From: Planctomycetota bacterium
GTDB taxonomy: Bacteria; Planctomycetota; UBA1135; UBA2386
Direction: 5' to 3'
Assembly (NCBI GenBank): GCA_965223545.1
Contig: OZ245006.1
Span: 3,136,001-3,200,000, forward strand
DNA length: 64,000 nucleotides
Position 1 is the first letter of the stretch. Each line of letters opens with the position of its first letter. Positions 27,491-36,379 of this stretch are shown piece after piece. The notes under the pieces are model-generated. The model made no database searches. It worked only from the letters and a program-made list of their open reading frames with translations, and was not told the origin of the DNA. The position numbers and the translations under genes were made by a program.

Positions 27491-28156
27491 ATGCGCCCCT
27501 CTGCAGGAGCCGACAGCCGGGACAGGATCCTGTTCCACCTCAAGACCAAGGGGCCGCAGAGCGCCTCGCGACTGGCCGAGCGCCTCGACATCTCCGCCGT
27601 GGCCGCCCGCCAGCACCTGCACCGGCTGCGGGACGAGGGGCTGGTGGCGGCGCGCGACGAGCGGCGCGGCGTCGGCCGGCCGACGTCGGTCTGGCACCTG
27701 ACGAGCGCCGCCGACGGGCGCTTTCCCGACAACCACGCCGACCTGACGGTGGAGATCCTCGCGGCGGCGGAGGCGGCGTTCGGCACCGAGGGGGTCCAGC
27801 GGCTGATCACGGCGCGCACGAAAGCCCAGCACGACCGCTACCGGGACGCGCTGCCGGCGACGACCGCGCCGCTGCGCCAGCGCGTCGCGGCCCTCGCCAA
27901 GCTGCGCGATGCCGAGGGCTACATGGCCAGCGCCGTGCGCCAGCGCGACGGCAGCGTCTTGCTGGTCGAGAACCACTGCCCGATCTGCGCCGCGGCCCGC
28001 GCCTGCACCGGTCTGTGTGCCGAAGAGCTCGCGCTGTTCCAGGCGGTGGTCGGCGAGGGCGTGGCGGTCGATCGCGTCGAGCACAAACTCGAGGGGGCGC
28101 GCCGGTGCGCGTATCGTTTCCGCCCCGAACCTCGATCGACCAGCCCGAAGCCGTGA
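27491..28156 (+). CDS. SufR-like ArsR/HTH metalloregulator with Cys-rich C-terminus
   Basis: HTH 'ISAVAARQHL', 'GVGRP', C-terminal 'ENHCPICAAARAC..LCAEEL...RRCAY'. Confidence 0.85.
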   Translation: MRPSAGADSRDRILFHLKTKGPQSASRLAERLDISAVAARQHLHRLRDEGLVAARDERRGVGRPTSVWHLTSAADGRFPDNHADLTVEILAAAEAAFGTEGVQRLITARTKAQHDRYRDALPATTAPLRQRVAALAKLRDAEGYMASAVRQRDGSVLLVENHCPICAAARACTGLCAEELALFQAVVGEGVAVDRVEHKLEGARRCAYRFRPEPRSTSPKP

Positions 28157-28569
28157 CCGAAGCTCCTCGCGAATCCGCACCGTCGCCCAGCGGTGATCTG
28201 CTCTTGCGCACGTCGGCGATGCCGGCCGACACCAACTCGAACGGGGACATCTTCGGCGGGTGGATCCTCTCGCAAATGGACATCGCCGGCGGGATCCTCG
28301 CCAAGGAAGCGTGCCGCGGCCGGTGTGTGACCGTGGCGATCGAGGGCATGAAGTTCCTCGCCCCGGTCAAGGTCGGCGATGTGATCTGTTGCTACGGCCG
28401 GCTCACGGCAGTCGGCACGACCTCGATGTCCATCGACCTCGAGGTCTGGGTCAAGCCGATTCTGCGCGAGACCGAGCGCGACCGCGCTCGATTCAAGGTG
28501 ACCGAGGCCCGGTTCGTCTACGTCGCGATCGACGCTGACGGCAACAAGCGCCCCGTCCCCAAGGACTGA
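28153..28569 (+). CDS. yciA: Acyl-CoA thioesterase (hotdog fold)
   Basis: 'AMPADTNSNGDIFGGWILSQMDIAG', 'VTEARFVYVAID'; GTG start overlaps the upstream stop. Confidence 0.92.
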   Translation: MTEAPRESAPSPSGDLLLRTSAMPADTNSNGDIFGGWILSQMDIAGGILAKEACRGRCVTVAIEGMKFLAPVKVGDVICCYGRLTAVGTTSMSIDLEVWVKPILRETERDRARFKVTEARFVYVAIDADGNKRPVPKD

Positions 28570-28574
28570 CCCGA

Positions 28575-30299
28575 ATGCGGACCCGGAACACGCTCCTCGC
28601 CGGCCTCGGCTTGTCGCTCGCCCACGCGCTGCTGCCGGCGCAAGACCCGGTGGCGGCCGATGGGCGCGGCGCACCGCTGCACGACTGGCTGACGCGGATG
28701 GCCGCCTTCGGCATGCACGGCGCCGTGCTCGTCATCGAGGACGATGAGGTCGTCCTGCGCGGTGGCTACGGGATCGCCGATCGGGCAACGGGCCGACCGA
28801 TCACGGCGCGGACCCGGTTCGACATCGGTTCGCTGGCCAAGCAGTTCACCGCGGTCGCGGCGCTGGCACTGGTCGATCGCGGCGAGCTCGGCCTGCACGA
28901 ACCGCTGGCGGACATCCTCGGCGAAGTCCCCGCCGACAAGGCCGAGATCACCCCGCACCAGCTGATGGCGCATCTCTCCGGACTGCCCTATCAGGCGGCC
29001 GGCGCGCTCCTCGACCATCCGCTGGCATTCGACCCGGGAACGGCGCACGCCTACTCCAACGTCGGCTACGCGGTGCTGCGCCGCGTGGTCGAGGAGCGCG
29101 CGGGCGCACCGCTGGAGCAAGTCCTGGCGCCGCTGTTCGCGCGCGCCGGGGTCGAGCAGATCGCGGTCACCGGCCGGCCGCAGCAGTGGGACGATCTCGC
29201 CCACGCCTACCTCGACGGCCGCGATCTCGGCACGCCGGCGACGATCGCGATCGACGACGCCCTGCGCGGTGCCGGCGGGTTCTCCTGCACCATCGATGAG
29301 CTCCATCGCTGGGTCCGCGCCCTGGCGAACGGCGAGCTGATCGATGCCGGATTGGTCGAACGGATGTGGACCGACCACGCGTTTCCCGACGAACCCTACC
29401 GCGGCTACGGCTGCGGCTTCGACGTGCTGACCACGATGCGCGGCTCGCGGGTGATCCGGCATCGAGGTGACTTCTCCGGCTTCAGCGCCGAGCTGCGCTA
29501 CTACCCCGACGAGAACCGGTTCATCGTCTACCTCGGCAACGTGTTCACTCGCGGCCAGTCGATGCGCGAAGCGGTCGTCCAACGGATCGCCCTCTTGTTG
29601 ACCGACGGCGACGTCCCGTGGCCACCGGAAAGCACGGCCGTGGCCCCCGGGGAGGCTGCCGCACTGCAGGGTCGCTACGTGACCGGTGACGGCGTCTCGT
29701 TCTCCGTCGAGCACGACGGCGATGCTCTACTGCTCGCAGCCGACCACGCCGACGGCCTCGCCTTCTTGTTCGGCGGGGGCGGCGACGACGACCGGGCCCT
29801 GGCGGCAACGTGCGCGGAGCGGACCAGCGAGTTGATCACCGCGCTTGGCAACGACGATCGCGCCGCGGCGCGGCCGCTGGTCGATCCGGCCTGGGTGTGG
29901 CCCGGCAGCTACGCGTCCCTGCGGCGCGTGCTGGCCGGATCCGCGCAGCGCGCGGCGGTGGTCGGCACCGCCGTCGACGATGCCGGCCGCGGACAAGCGC
30001 GCACGGTCGTCTCGCTCGGCACCGAGCTCGCGGAGCTGACCTGGAATCGCCGCGGCGTCATCGCCTGCCAACGCCTGGCGGCGTTTCCCGCCAGACGGCT
30101 GCGCCGCACGCGGGACGGGCACTTCGCCGCGTTCGACGTGTTCACTGGCGACCGGCTCGACGTCACCTTCACCGCGGCCACAACGCCCGGCGGGCGGTCG
30201 ACGATGCGCATGCAACACGCCGGCCGCGAGCTCGTCGCCCGCTCCGCCGTCACGCCGGCAGTGGGGTCGCGGTCGGGCGCGCACCGACCCGGTAGCTGA
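28575..30299 (+). CDS. Serine hydrolase (beta-lactamase class C-like) with C-terminal extension
   Basis: SLAK (SxxK), YSN, HRG; signal peptide. Confidence 0.88.
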   Translation: MRTRNTLLAGLGLSLAHALLPAQDPVAADGRGAPLHDWLTRMAAFGMHGAVLVIEDDEVVLRGGYGIADRATGRPITARTRFDIGSLAKQFTAVAALALVDRGELGLHEPLADILGEVPADKAEITPHQLMAHLSGLPYQAAGALLDHPLAFDPGTAHAYSNVGYAVLRRVVEERAGAPLEQVLAPLFARAGVEQIAVTGRPQQWDDLAHAYLDGRDLGTPATIAIDDALRGAGGFSCTIDELHRWVRALANGELIDAGLVERMWTDHAFPDEPYRGYGCGFDVLTTMRGSRVIRHRGDFSGFSAELRYYPDENRFIVYLGNVFTRGQSMREAVVQRIALLLTDGDVPWPPESTAVAPGEAAALQGRYVTGDGVSFSVEHDGDALLLAADHADGLAFLFGGGGDDDRALAATCAERTSELITALGNDDRAAARPLVDPAWVWPGSYASLRRVLAGSAQRAAVVGTAVDDAGRGQARTVVSLGTELAELTWNRRGVIACQRLAAFPARRLRRTRDGHFAAFDVFTGDRLDVTFTAATTPGGRSTMRMQHAGRELVARSAVTPAVGSRSGAHRPGS

Positions 30300-31455
30300 G
30301 CTCGGCCGGGTGAGCGATGCGCCAGTGCACGGCATCGGCCACCTTCCCTGCCGCCAAGGTGCCGTGGCTCGCCGACATGCCGAGCGCCGCGGCGGCGTGC
30401 CGGGTCACCCCGGCCAACGCTTCCTCGGGAGTCAGACGAAACAGCGTACACGCCAAGCTCAAGCTCACGAGGATCGACTCGACCGGTGACGAGCCGGGGT
30501 TGCAGTCGGTGGCGATCGCGATCGGCACACCGGCGCGGCGCAGCTCGTCGATCGGCGGCAGTTTGGTCTCGCGCAGCACGTAGAACGCGCCCGGCAACAG
30601 CACGGCGACGGTGCCCGCAGCAGCCATCGCGGCGACCCCGGCGGCATCGGTCCACTCGAGGTGATCGGCCGACAGCGCGCCGTACTCGGCGGCGAGCGCC
30701 GCGCCGCCGAGGTTGGACAGCTGGTCGGCGTGCAGCTTCACGGGCAACTCCAGCTCCGCGGCCGCGTCGAACACGCGGCGCACTTGGCCAGGGGAGAATG
30801 CGATGCCTTCGCAGTAGGCATCGACGGCATCGACCAGCCCCGCCCGCGCGAGCTCCGGCATCACGGTCCGACAAACGAACTCGATGTAGTCGTCACTGCG
30901 GCCCGCGAACTCGGGCGGCAGGGCGTGCGCACCGAGGTAGGTGGTGCGCACTTGCATGCCGATGCGTTCGCCGAGCGCACGCGCCACCTGCAGCTGCCGC
31001 AGCTCGGTGTCGAGGTCGAGCCCGTAGCCCGATTTGATTTCGACCACCCGCACGCCCTCGGCCCTCATGGTCGCCAGGCGTCGTGCTGCCGCGTCGGCCA
31101 GCTCTTCGGCGGCCGCGGCCCGCGTGGCGCGGACCGTGGACGCGATGCCACCCCCCTGCCGCGCGATCTCCTCGTAGCTGACACCGCCGAGCCGCGCCTC
31201 GAACTCGCGCACGCGATCGCCTCCATACACCACGTGCGTGTGGCAGTCGATCAAGCCGGGGGTCAGCCAGCCACCGCCGAGGTCGTGCACCGCGCGCGCC
31301 AACCGCGCCGGCTCGCCCGGCAGCTCCGACCGGCGGCCGACCCAATCGATGACCCCACCGGTCGCGGCCATCGCCCCGTCCTCGACGGCACCGTACGGCA
31401 CCCCGCCGGGCGACATCGTCGCCAGATCGGCACCGAGCCACAATGCATCCCACAT
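30250..31455 (-). CDS. hutI: Imidazolonepropionase
   Basis: 'PGLIDCHTH', 'GGGI.STVRATR', [12 protein letters not shown], 'KLHADQL', SADHLE, '[10 protein letters not shown]'. Confidence 0.95.
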   Translation of the reverse strand: MWDALWLGADLATMSPGGVPYGAVEDGAMAATGGVIDWVGRRSELPGEPARLARAVHDLGGGWLTPGLIDCHTHVVYGGDRVREFEARLGGVSYEEIARQGGGIASTVRATRAAAAEELADAAARRLATMRAEGVRVVEIKSGYGLDLDTELRQLQVARALGERIGMQVRTTYLGAHALPPEFAGRSDDYIEFVCRTVMPELARAGLVDAVDAYCEGIAFSPGQVRRVFDAAAELELPVKLHADQLSNLGGAALAAEYGALSADHLEWTDAAGVAAMAAAGTVAVLLPGAFYVLRETKLPPIDELRRAGVPIAIATDCNPGSSPVESILVSLSLACTLFRLTPEEALAGVTRHAAAALGMSASHGTLAAGKVADAVHWRIAHPAELSYRVGARPTATPLPA

Positions 31456-31501
31456 GAGGCGGAGGGTAGCACGGACCCGGCACTCCGCCGACACTGCGTG
31501 G

Positions 31502-32416
31502 ATGCTCGACGGTGCAAGTCGCTCCTTCGCCACCTTGCTCGTGCTCGCCGCCGGCGCTGACCCGGCGGCCGGGCAAGGCGTGCTCGACGTGCTCGACGGG
31601 GAGACCCTGTACGACGGGGGCTCGCTCGTGTCCTTGGGTTTCGAGCTCGACCGCGGCGAGGTGCTGCGCCGTGGAACACGGCGCGCCCCGGACCCGCTGG
31701 CCCGCCAGCAGACCGCGATGCGGACCACCCTGGCGTATCAGTACGGCGCGCGCCACGATCTGCAGCTCGGCGTCGCCCTGAGCGTCGTCGACCTCGAGCG
31801 CCGCGGCGCCGGACTGCGGCAAAGTGCCGACGGCCTCGGTGACGTCGAGCTGCTGACGAAGTGGCGGTTCTACCGTTGGGACGCGCACGCGGTGGCGCTG
31901 AACGTCGCGCTCGTGGCCCAGGTCTCGGTGCCCACCGGAAAGGACGACGTCCGCGACTCCACCGGCACGCGGCTCGAGCCGGAGCTGCAGCCCGGCTCGG
32001 GTGGAATCGATCCGGCGCTCGGCATCGCCGCGACGCACGAGCCGGGGCGCTGGCGGTTCAACCTCGCGACCTGGTACCGCGTGCACACCGACTCGGACGA
32101 CGACGGGTTCCGGCGGGGCGACCGCTGGATCGTCGAGGCGGCTGCCGGCAACCGCTTCTGGCTCGAGCCATACCCCGGCCCGTTCATGCGGCTGGATGTC
32201 GCCTTGCGCTACTACCACGAAGACCACGACCGGTTCCGGGGGGCCCTGCCCAACACCGGCGGCGAGCGCGCCACGACCACGGTCAACCTCGCCTTCCGGC
32301 CGCAGCCGGCGCTCGACTTCCAGGTCGCCGTCGAGGTGCCCCTGTGGCAACGCCTGGCGGGCACCCAGCTCGGCGAAGATTGGGCGCTCGACCTGACCTT
32401 CGGCTACCGATTCTGA
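31502..32416 (+). CDS. Outer-membrane beta-barrel 'transporter' (Phenol_MetA_deg-like)
   Basis: Signal peptide; '[13 protein letters not shown]', 'VPTG', 'LQPGSG', 'PNTGG', C-terminal GYRF. Confidence 0.82.
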   Translation: MLDGASRSFATLLVLAAGADPAAGQGVLDVLDGETLYDGGSLVSLGFELDRGEVLRRGTRRAPDPLARQQTAMRTTLAYQYGARHDLQLGVALSVVDLERRGAGLRQSADGLGDVELLTKWRFYRWDAHAVALNVALVAQVSVPTGKDDVRDSTGTRLEPELQPGSGGIDPALGIAATHEPGRWRFNLATWYRVHTDSDDDGFRRGDRWIVEAAAGNRFWLEPYPGPFMRLDVALRYYHEDHDRFRGALPNTGGERATTTVNLAFRPQPALDFQVAVEVPLWQRLAGTQLGEDWALDLTFGYRF

Positions 32417-32480
32417 GGCGCGCCCGATTCGACCGCGCCCGGGGTTGCTTTTTGTCCCGAGTCCTGCACATCTGGGCTGC

Positions 32481-33014
32481 ATGAAGTCGCCGAGCATCCC
32501 GATCGCCGTCCTCTTGCTCGCCGGGGCCTGCGCCGCTCCGGGTCAGCCGATCTCCGCGCAGCCGGACGACTTCGCGTTCGTCGAGGTCCAGCTCCGCGGT
32601 TGAACTTGAAACGAGGAGCTTCTGGGTCTGCAGAAGCTCTTCGAGGGCCTGTACGGTCCCACCCCGCAGATTGACCTCGACCTGCAGATCGCGCGCGCGC
32701 GGGTGCCCACTCCGATCGAGCTGGACTTCACCGCGCTCGCCGACGGCGTCGTGCGCAACAACGTCGGCGTCGACGGCATCCGCCTTTGGGCTCGCGGTCG
32801 ACTCGAGGCGGATCACTTCGTGTTCGACGCCACCGGCCAACGGCTGCCACTGGCCGCACCTGCGCCAGGGGCCCGCGGCCCGTGGTTCGAGTTTGCGGTG
32901 ACCCACTTCGAATCGACACGATCGCCTCGCTTGCAGTGGCTAGCGGATTCGCACACCGCCGGTGCACCGGCGATGGCGCCACGATCCGAAGGTCCCAGCA
33001 CGGCGCCTCGCTGA
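32481..33014 (+). CDS. Putative selenoprotein: exported HMA-like lipoprotein with U41-T42-U43 (177 aa if both TGA are read through)
   Basis: ATG 32481 gives MKSPSIPIAVLLLAGAC...VEVQLRG; TGA 32601, ACT, TGA 32607; the frame continues NEELLGLQKLF... into the track ORF 32703-33014 (same frame); SECIS-like hairpin right after. Confidence 0.75.
32612..32643 (+). promoter_or_regulatory. Bacterial SECIS-like hairpin
   Basis: Stem CGAGGAGCTTCTG / CAGAAGCTCTTCG (13 bp, one G-U pair), loop GGTCTG; the stem begins 2 nt after the second TGA. Confidence 0.75.
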
Positions 33015-33093
33015 GCGCGACTGGAAAGACGGGGGCGCACGGCGCATTCTGCACTGCGAATGCACTGTTCGTTTTTGCGAAAGACAAACTGAG

Positions 33094-33681
33094 ATGAAGA
33101 TTTCCGAGCTGATGTCCCAACCGGTCGTGTTCTGCCGACCGGAGGATTCGCTGGCGCGCGCCGCCGAACTCATGTGGAACCACGACCTCGGCTGGCTGCC
33201 GGTGGCCAACGCCGGCGGATCGTTGGTCGGGGTCGTCACCGACCGCGACGTTTGCATGGCCGCATGGCTGCGGGATCGCCGGCTGCACGAGCTGCAGGTG
33301 GGCGGCGTGATGAGTCAGGCCGTGACCACCTGCAACACCGAGGACACGGTCGAGGCCGCCCACGAGATGCTGCGGCGCGAGCGCCTGCACCGCCTGCCGG
33401 TGATCGACGGCGAGGGCAACCTCACCGGAGTCGTCACCATCAACGACCTCGCGCACCACGGCGCCGCGGGACCGGTGCACGATACGCTCTGCTCCGTGAG
33501 CCAACCGCGCAACGCCCCGGAACGCACCGTGCCACTGCCGAGCCCGGCGTCCAAACCAGCCGTGAAGCGCGCCAAGAGCACCACGAGCGCGAGTTCCACC
33601 AAGCAGACCAAGGCCAAGACCGCGAAGCCGACGCGTTCCACCGCAAAGACGACAAGCCGTCGTGCGGCGAAGAAGAAGTGA
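33094..33681 (+). CDS. CBS-pair protein with basic K/T/S/A-rich C-terminal tail
   Basis: 'GVVTDRD', 'HRLPVID..GVVTINDL'; tail KPAVKRAKSTT...RRAAKKK. Confidence 0.85.
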   Translation: MKISELMSQPVVFCRPEDSLARAAELMWNHDLGWLPVANAGGSLVGVVTDRDVCMAAWLRDRRLHELQVGGVMSQAVTTCNTEDTVEAAHEMLRRERLHRLPVIDGEGNLTGVVTINDLAHHGAAGPVHDTLCSVSQPRNAPERTVPLPSPASKPAVKRAKSTTSASSTKQTKAKTAKPTRSTAKTTSRRAAKKK

Positions 33682-33825
33682 CCTCGGCGCTCCAGGTCTA
33701 GGGGAGCCCCCGAGATCGCGGGCGGGGATCCCCGCCAGAACCGCCCGCCGCGGGGTTGCCGGTCGACTCCACGGCCCCATTTGGTAGGTTGCGGGGCTGC
33801 CTCAAGAGCCGCAGGACCCTCACCG

Positions 33826-36339
33826 ATGACCCGACGATCCCGCCCGCGCAAGGGAAGCGCCAAGCGCTCGCGCCAGCGCAAGACCGAAGCCGATCAAGGC
33901 GCCGCCGCGCCGCAGCCCGACGAGCTCGAGCCCATTGACGAGCTCGAGCCCATCGAGGAGCTCGAGCCCATCGAAGAGCTCGAATCGCTGCCGCTCCTCG
34001 AAGAGGAGGACGAGCCCGCCGCCCGCCCGCTGTCGGACGACGGGCCGGTGCAAGTGCGCCACGAAGTGCTCGAGGGCAATGCCGACTACGACGCGCGATT
34101 GGCGATCACCGTCGCCGCAATGGACAAGAGCGACGTTTGTGATGCGCTGACCAAGCCGCTGCGCAAGGCGGTGCGTCGGCTGGGGTCCGCGCTTCGGTGG
34201 CAGCGCGTGCTGGTCGAGTTCGACGGCGACGCGCTGATCCCCGGTGCCGCCAAGGACGTGGTGCGCGACGCGTTGGAGCCCGCGAGCCCGCTCTTGATCG
34301 CGGTGCAGCGCGGCTATCCGGACGAGATCGTGCTGCAGGGGACCTTGCCGCAGTGCACCCTGCGCATCGAGCCCGTCGGTGGTGACCAGAAGCGGCTGCG
34401 CGTCGATGTCGACAACCGCGATCTCGAGCCCGAAGACCTGGGAATCGTGATGCGGTCCGAGCTGGAGCAACTGCAGCGCCGCGCCACCGACACCGCGTTC
34501 GAGTTCGGGTTCTCGGGCCCGCTCCCGCTCGACGAGCTGCGCGGTTCACTGCGCGACGCGCTGGCCGAGGCCGGGGCATCGCGCGTCGCGATCGACGAAG
34601 GCGAGCGCGAAGACCTGTTGCACGATCAGGAGCTCGCGGCGCGCATCGTCGTCCAAGACAGCGCCAGTAGCGACGCCGACGTCGTCGTCGCGATGGAACC
34701 GTTCGACAACGAAGAGCGCACTCTGCAGGCCCTTCAGCTCGTGCTCCCCCGCCGAGCGACCCAGCTGACGAGCCGCCGGGTCCGCGTGCAGGTCGCGCGC
34801 CGGTCGCCCTCCCCCACCGAGCTGCTCGAGCTGAGTGGCCAGGCGGCGGCGATGCAGATGACCCGGCTCGAGGTGGTGCCGCCGGACGGCGTCGGTGACG
34901 TCGTCTGGCCACCCGCTCTGCAGGTATCCCGTCAGGGTGACGCCATGACCGTGGCCATCGCGGGCGCCGACCGCGACCGCGACGCGCGCTTCCTCGCGCT
35001 GGCGCGCGAGATCCAGCCGCTGGCGGCCGAGGTTCGCGGCCGCGCACTGACGCTCGACTGGCCGGCGGACGACGTCATCGACGATGCGGTCGAAGCGTGC
35101 GTCCGCGATCACGTGGTGCCCCTGGCCCCCGCCAGCGTCGCGTGCACGATCGCGGGAGCAGCCCGAGAGCCACTGTGGCCGCTGCCGCTGAAGCTGGAGG
35201 CGCGCGACGGCGGCGTCGAGCTCACCGTCGACACCGACGCTGGCAAGCCGGCGGAGCTGGTCCGCGCCGCCGAACGGCGGCTGCCGGCGCTGGCCGACCG
35301 AGTGCGCGACGCCGCCGTCACCATCGCGGTTCGGGGCGAGGCCAGCCCATCGCGCACTCTGCGCCGGACGCTGGTCGACGCGCTGGAACAAGCCGGGGCG
35401 CAGCGTCTGGCAATCTCCGACCACGGCACGACCGATGTGCTCCTGCCGCCGCTGTTGACCATCAAGGACAGCGGCGACGGGGTGCTCGACGCCCTCGTGC
35501 AGCGCGCCGATCGCACGGCCGAGCAGATCGCCAACGCGTTGCAACGCGAGCTCGAGCCGCACGGCAATCCGCGCCAGCTCACCGTCCGGCTGCCCGCCGC
35601 CGATCACGACGAGGCGTTGACGCAAGCCCTGATCGAGTTCGGCGTCGGCCGCATCGCGTTGGCGGGAGACCCCGCGGTGCAGATCCACCCCCCGTTGTTC
35701 GGCGCAGTCGAGCGCGGCGACGGTGTGTTGCAGATCAGCGCCAACCCGACGACCCACGACGAGGGCCTGCAGAGCCAGGTGGAGCGCGAGCTGCGGTCGA
35801 TCCTCGAAAGCGGGACGCTGCACGACTTCGACGTGACGGTGCGTTGGCCCGGCGTGCAGAAGCCGCTCGAAGGCGCCCCACTCCAGTTGTTCGATCAGCT
35901 CGTCGCCGCCGGCCCCGCCACCGTCCGAGTGCAGAGTGGCGACGGCGACCCGGTCGCGCTCTACCCCAAGCCGGTGCGCATCCCGGTGGTCGACCTGGGC
36001 GCCCGCCCCGGAGCGACCCCGCCGATGCTCATGCTGGGTGTCGAGTGGACGGACGATGCAGAAGAGATCGCCGAAACCGCGCAGGCGCTGACGGCGCGGG
36101 GCGAGGCGCTCGCCGGCCACCGCGTGCTGGTCGCCTTCCAGCGAGCCGGCGCCGACCGCGCCGGACCTGCGGACCACCCGCTGGTCACCGCGACCCGCGA
36201 GGCGCTGGCGCCGAGGGTCGCCGCGCTGCTGCAGTTCCAGCCGGCGAGCCGGCGCGCGCCGGCCCACTTCGAGGTGCTGCACTCGGCGATCGAGGGCCTC
36301 GCCGTCGGGACCAAGATGCGGGACCCGCGCAAGACGTAG
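33826..36339 (+). CDS. Hypothetical cytoplasmic protein with about 8 tandem ~90-aa alpha/beta repeats
   Basis: Long ORF with typical GC3 codon usage; recurring unit ending 'AL..AG..R+.+...D++.PP+'; no signal peptide or TM segment. Confidence 0.8.
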   Translation: MTRRSRPRKGSAKRSRQRKTEADQGAAAPQPDELEPIDELEPIEELEPIEELESLPLLEEEDEPAARPLSDDGPVQVRHEVLEGNADYDARLAITVAAMDKSDVCDALTKPLRKAVRRLGSALRWQRVLVEFDGDALIPGAAKDVVRDALEPASPLLIAVQRGYPDEIVLQGTLPQCTLRIEPVGGDQKRLRVDVDNRDLEPEDLGIVMRSELEQLQRRATDTAFEFGFSGPLPLDELRGSLRDALAEAGASRVAIDEGEREDLLHDQELAARIVVQDSASSDADVVVAMEPFDNEERTLQALQLVLPRRATQLTSRRVRVQVARRSPSPTELLELSGQAAAMQMTRLEVVPPDGVGDVVWPPALQVSRQGDAMTVAIAGADRDRDARFLALAREIQPLAAEVRGRALTLDWPADDVIDDAVEACVRDHVVPLAPASVACTIAGAAREPLWPLPLKLEARDGGVELTVDTDAGKPAELVRAAERRLPALADRVRDAAVTIAVRGEASPSRTLRRTLVDALEQAGAQRLAISDHGTTDVLLPPLLTIKDSGDGVLDALVQRADRTAEQIANALQRELEPHGNPRQLTVRLPAADHDEALTQALIEFGVGRIALAGDPAVQIHPPLFGAVERGDGVLQISANPTTHDEGLQSQVERELRSILESGTLHDFDVTVRWPGVQKPLEGAPLQLFDQLVAAGPATVRVQSGDGDPVALYPKPVRIPVVDLGARPGATPPMLMLGVEWTDDAEEIAETAQALTARGEALAGHRVLVAFQRAGADRAGPADHPLVTATREALAPRVAALLQFQPASRRAPAHFEVLHSAIEGLAVGTKMRDPRKT
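33919..33984 (+). repeat. 18-bp coding tandem repeat (about 3.7 copies) encoding (D/E)ELEPI
   Basis: GACGAGCTCGAGCCCATT / GACGAGCTCGAGCCCATC / GAGGAGCTCGAGCCCATC / GAAGAGCTCGAA. Confidence 0.9.
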
Positions 36340-36379
36340 CGGCGGCTGACTCTTGCCGGCGGCTCGACCGCGACCGAGG

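Noticed and set aside
32601..32609. Genome-wide TGA reassignment (code 4 or 25) as the explanation for the in-frame TGAs
   Set aside because: Many well-recognised genes here end at TGA exactly at their expected C-terminus (yciA, DUF1501, both barrels), so TGA is a normal stop.
32703..33014. The 103-aa track ORF as a complete gene
   Set aside because: Its GTG start has no RBS or -10 signal, and the frame extends upstream through the TGAs to an ATG with a signal peptide.
33690..33820. GC-rich hairpins and a GGTCGACTCC T-loop-like string as tRNA-Sec or another ncRNA
   Set aside because: No UCA anticodon arm, acceptor stem or CCA end; at most an unassigned stem-loop.
33919..33984. 18-bp repeats as a CRISPR array
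   Set aside because: They are contiguous, in-frame coding repeats with no spacers and no cas genes.
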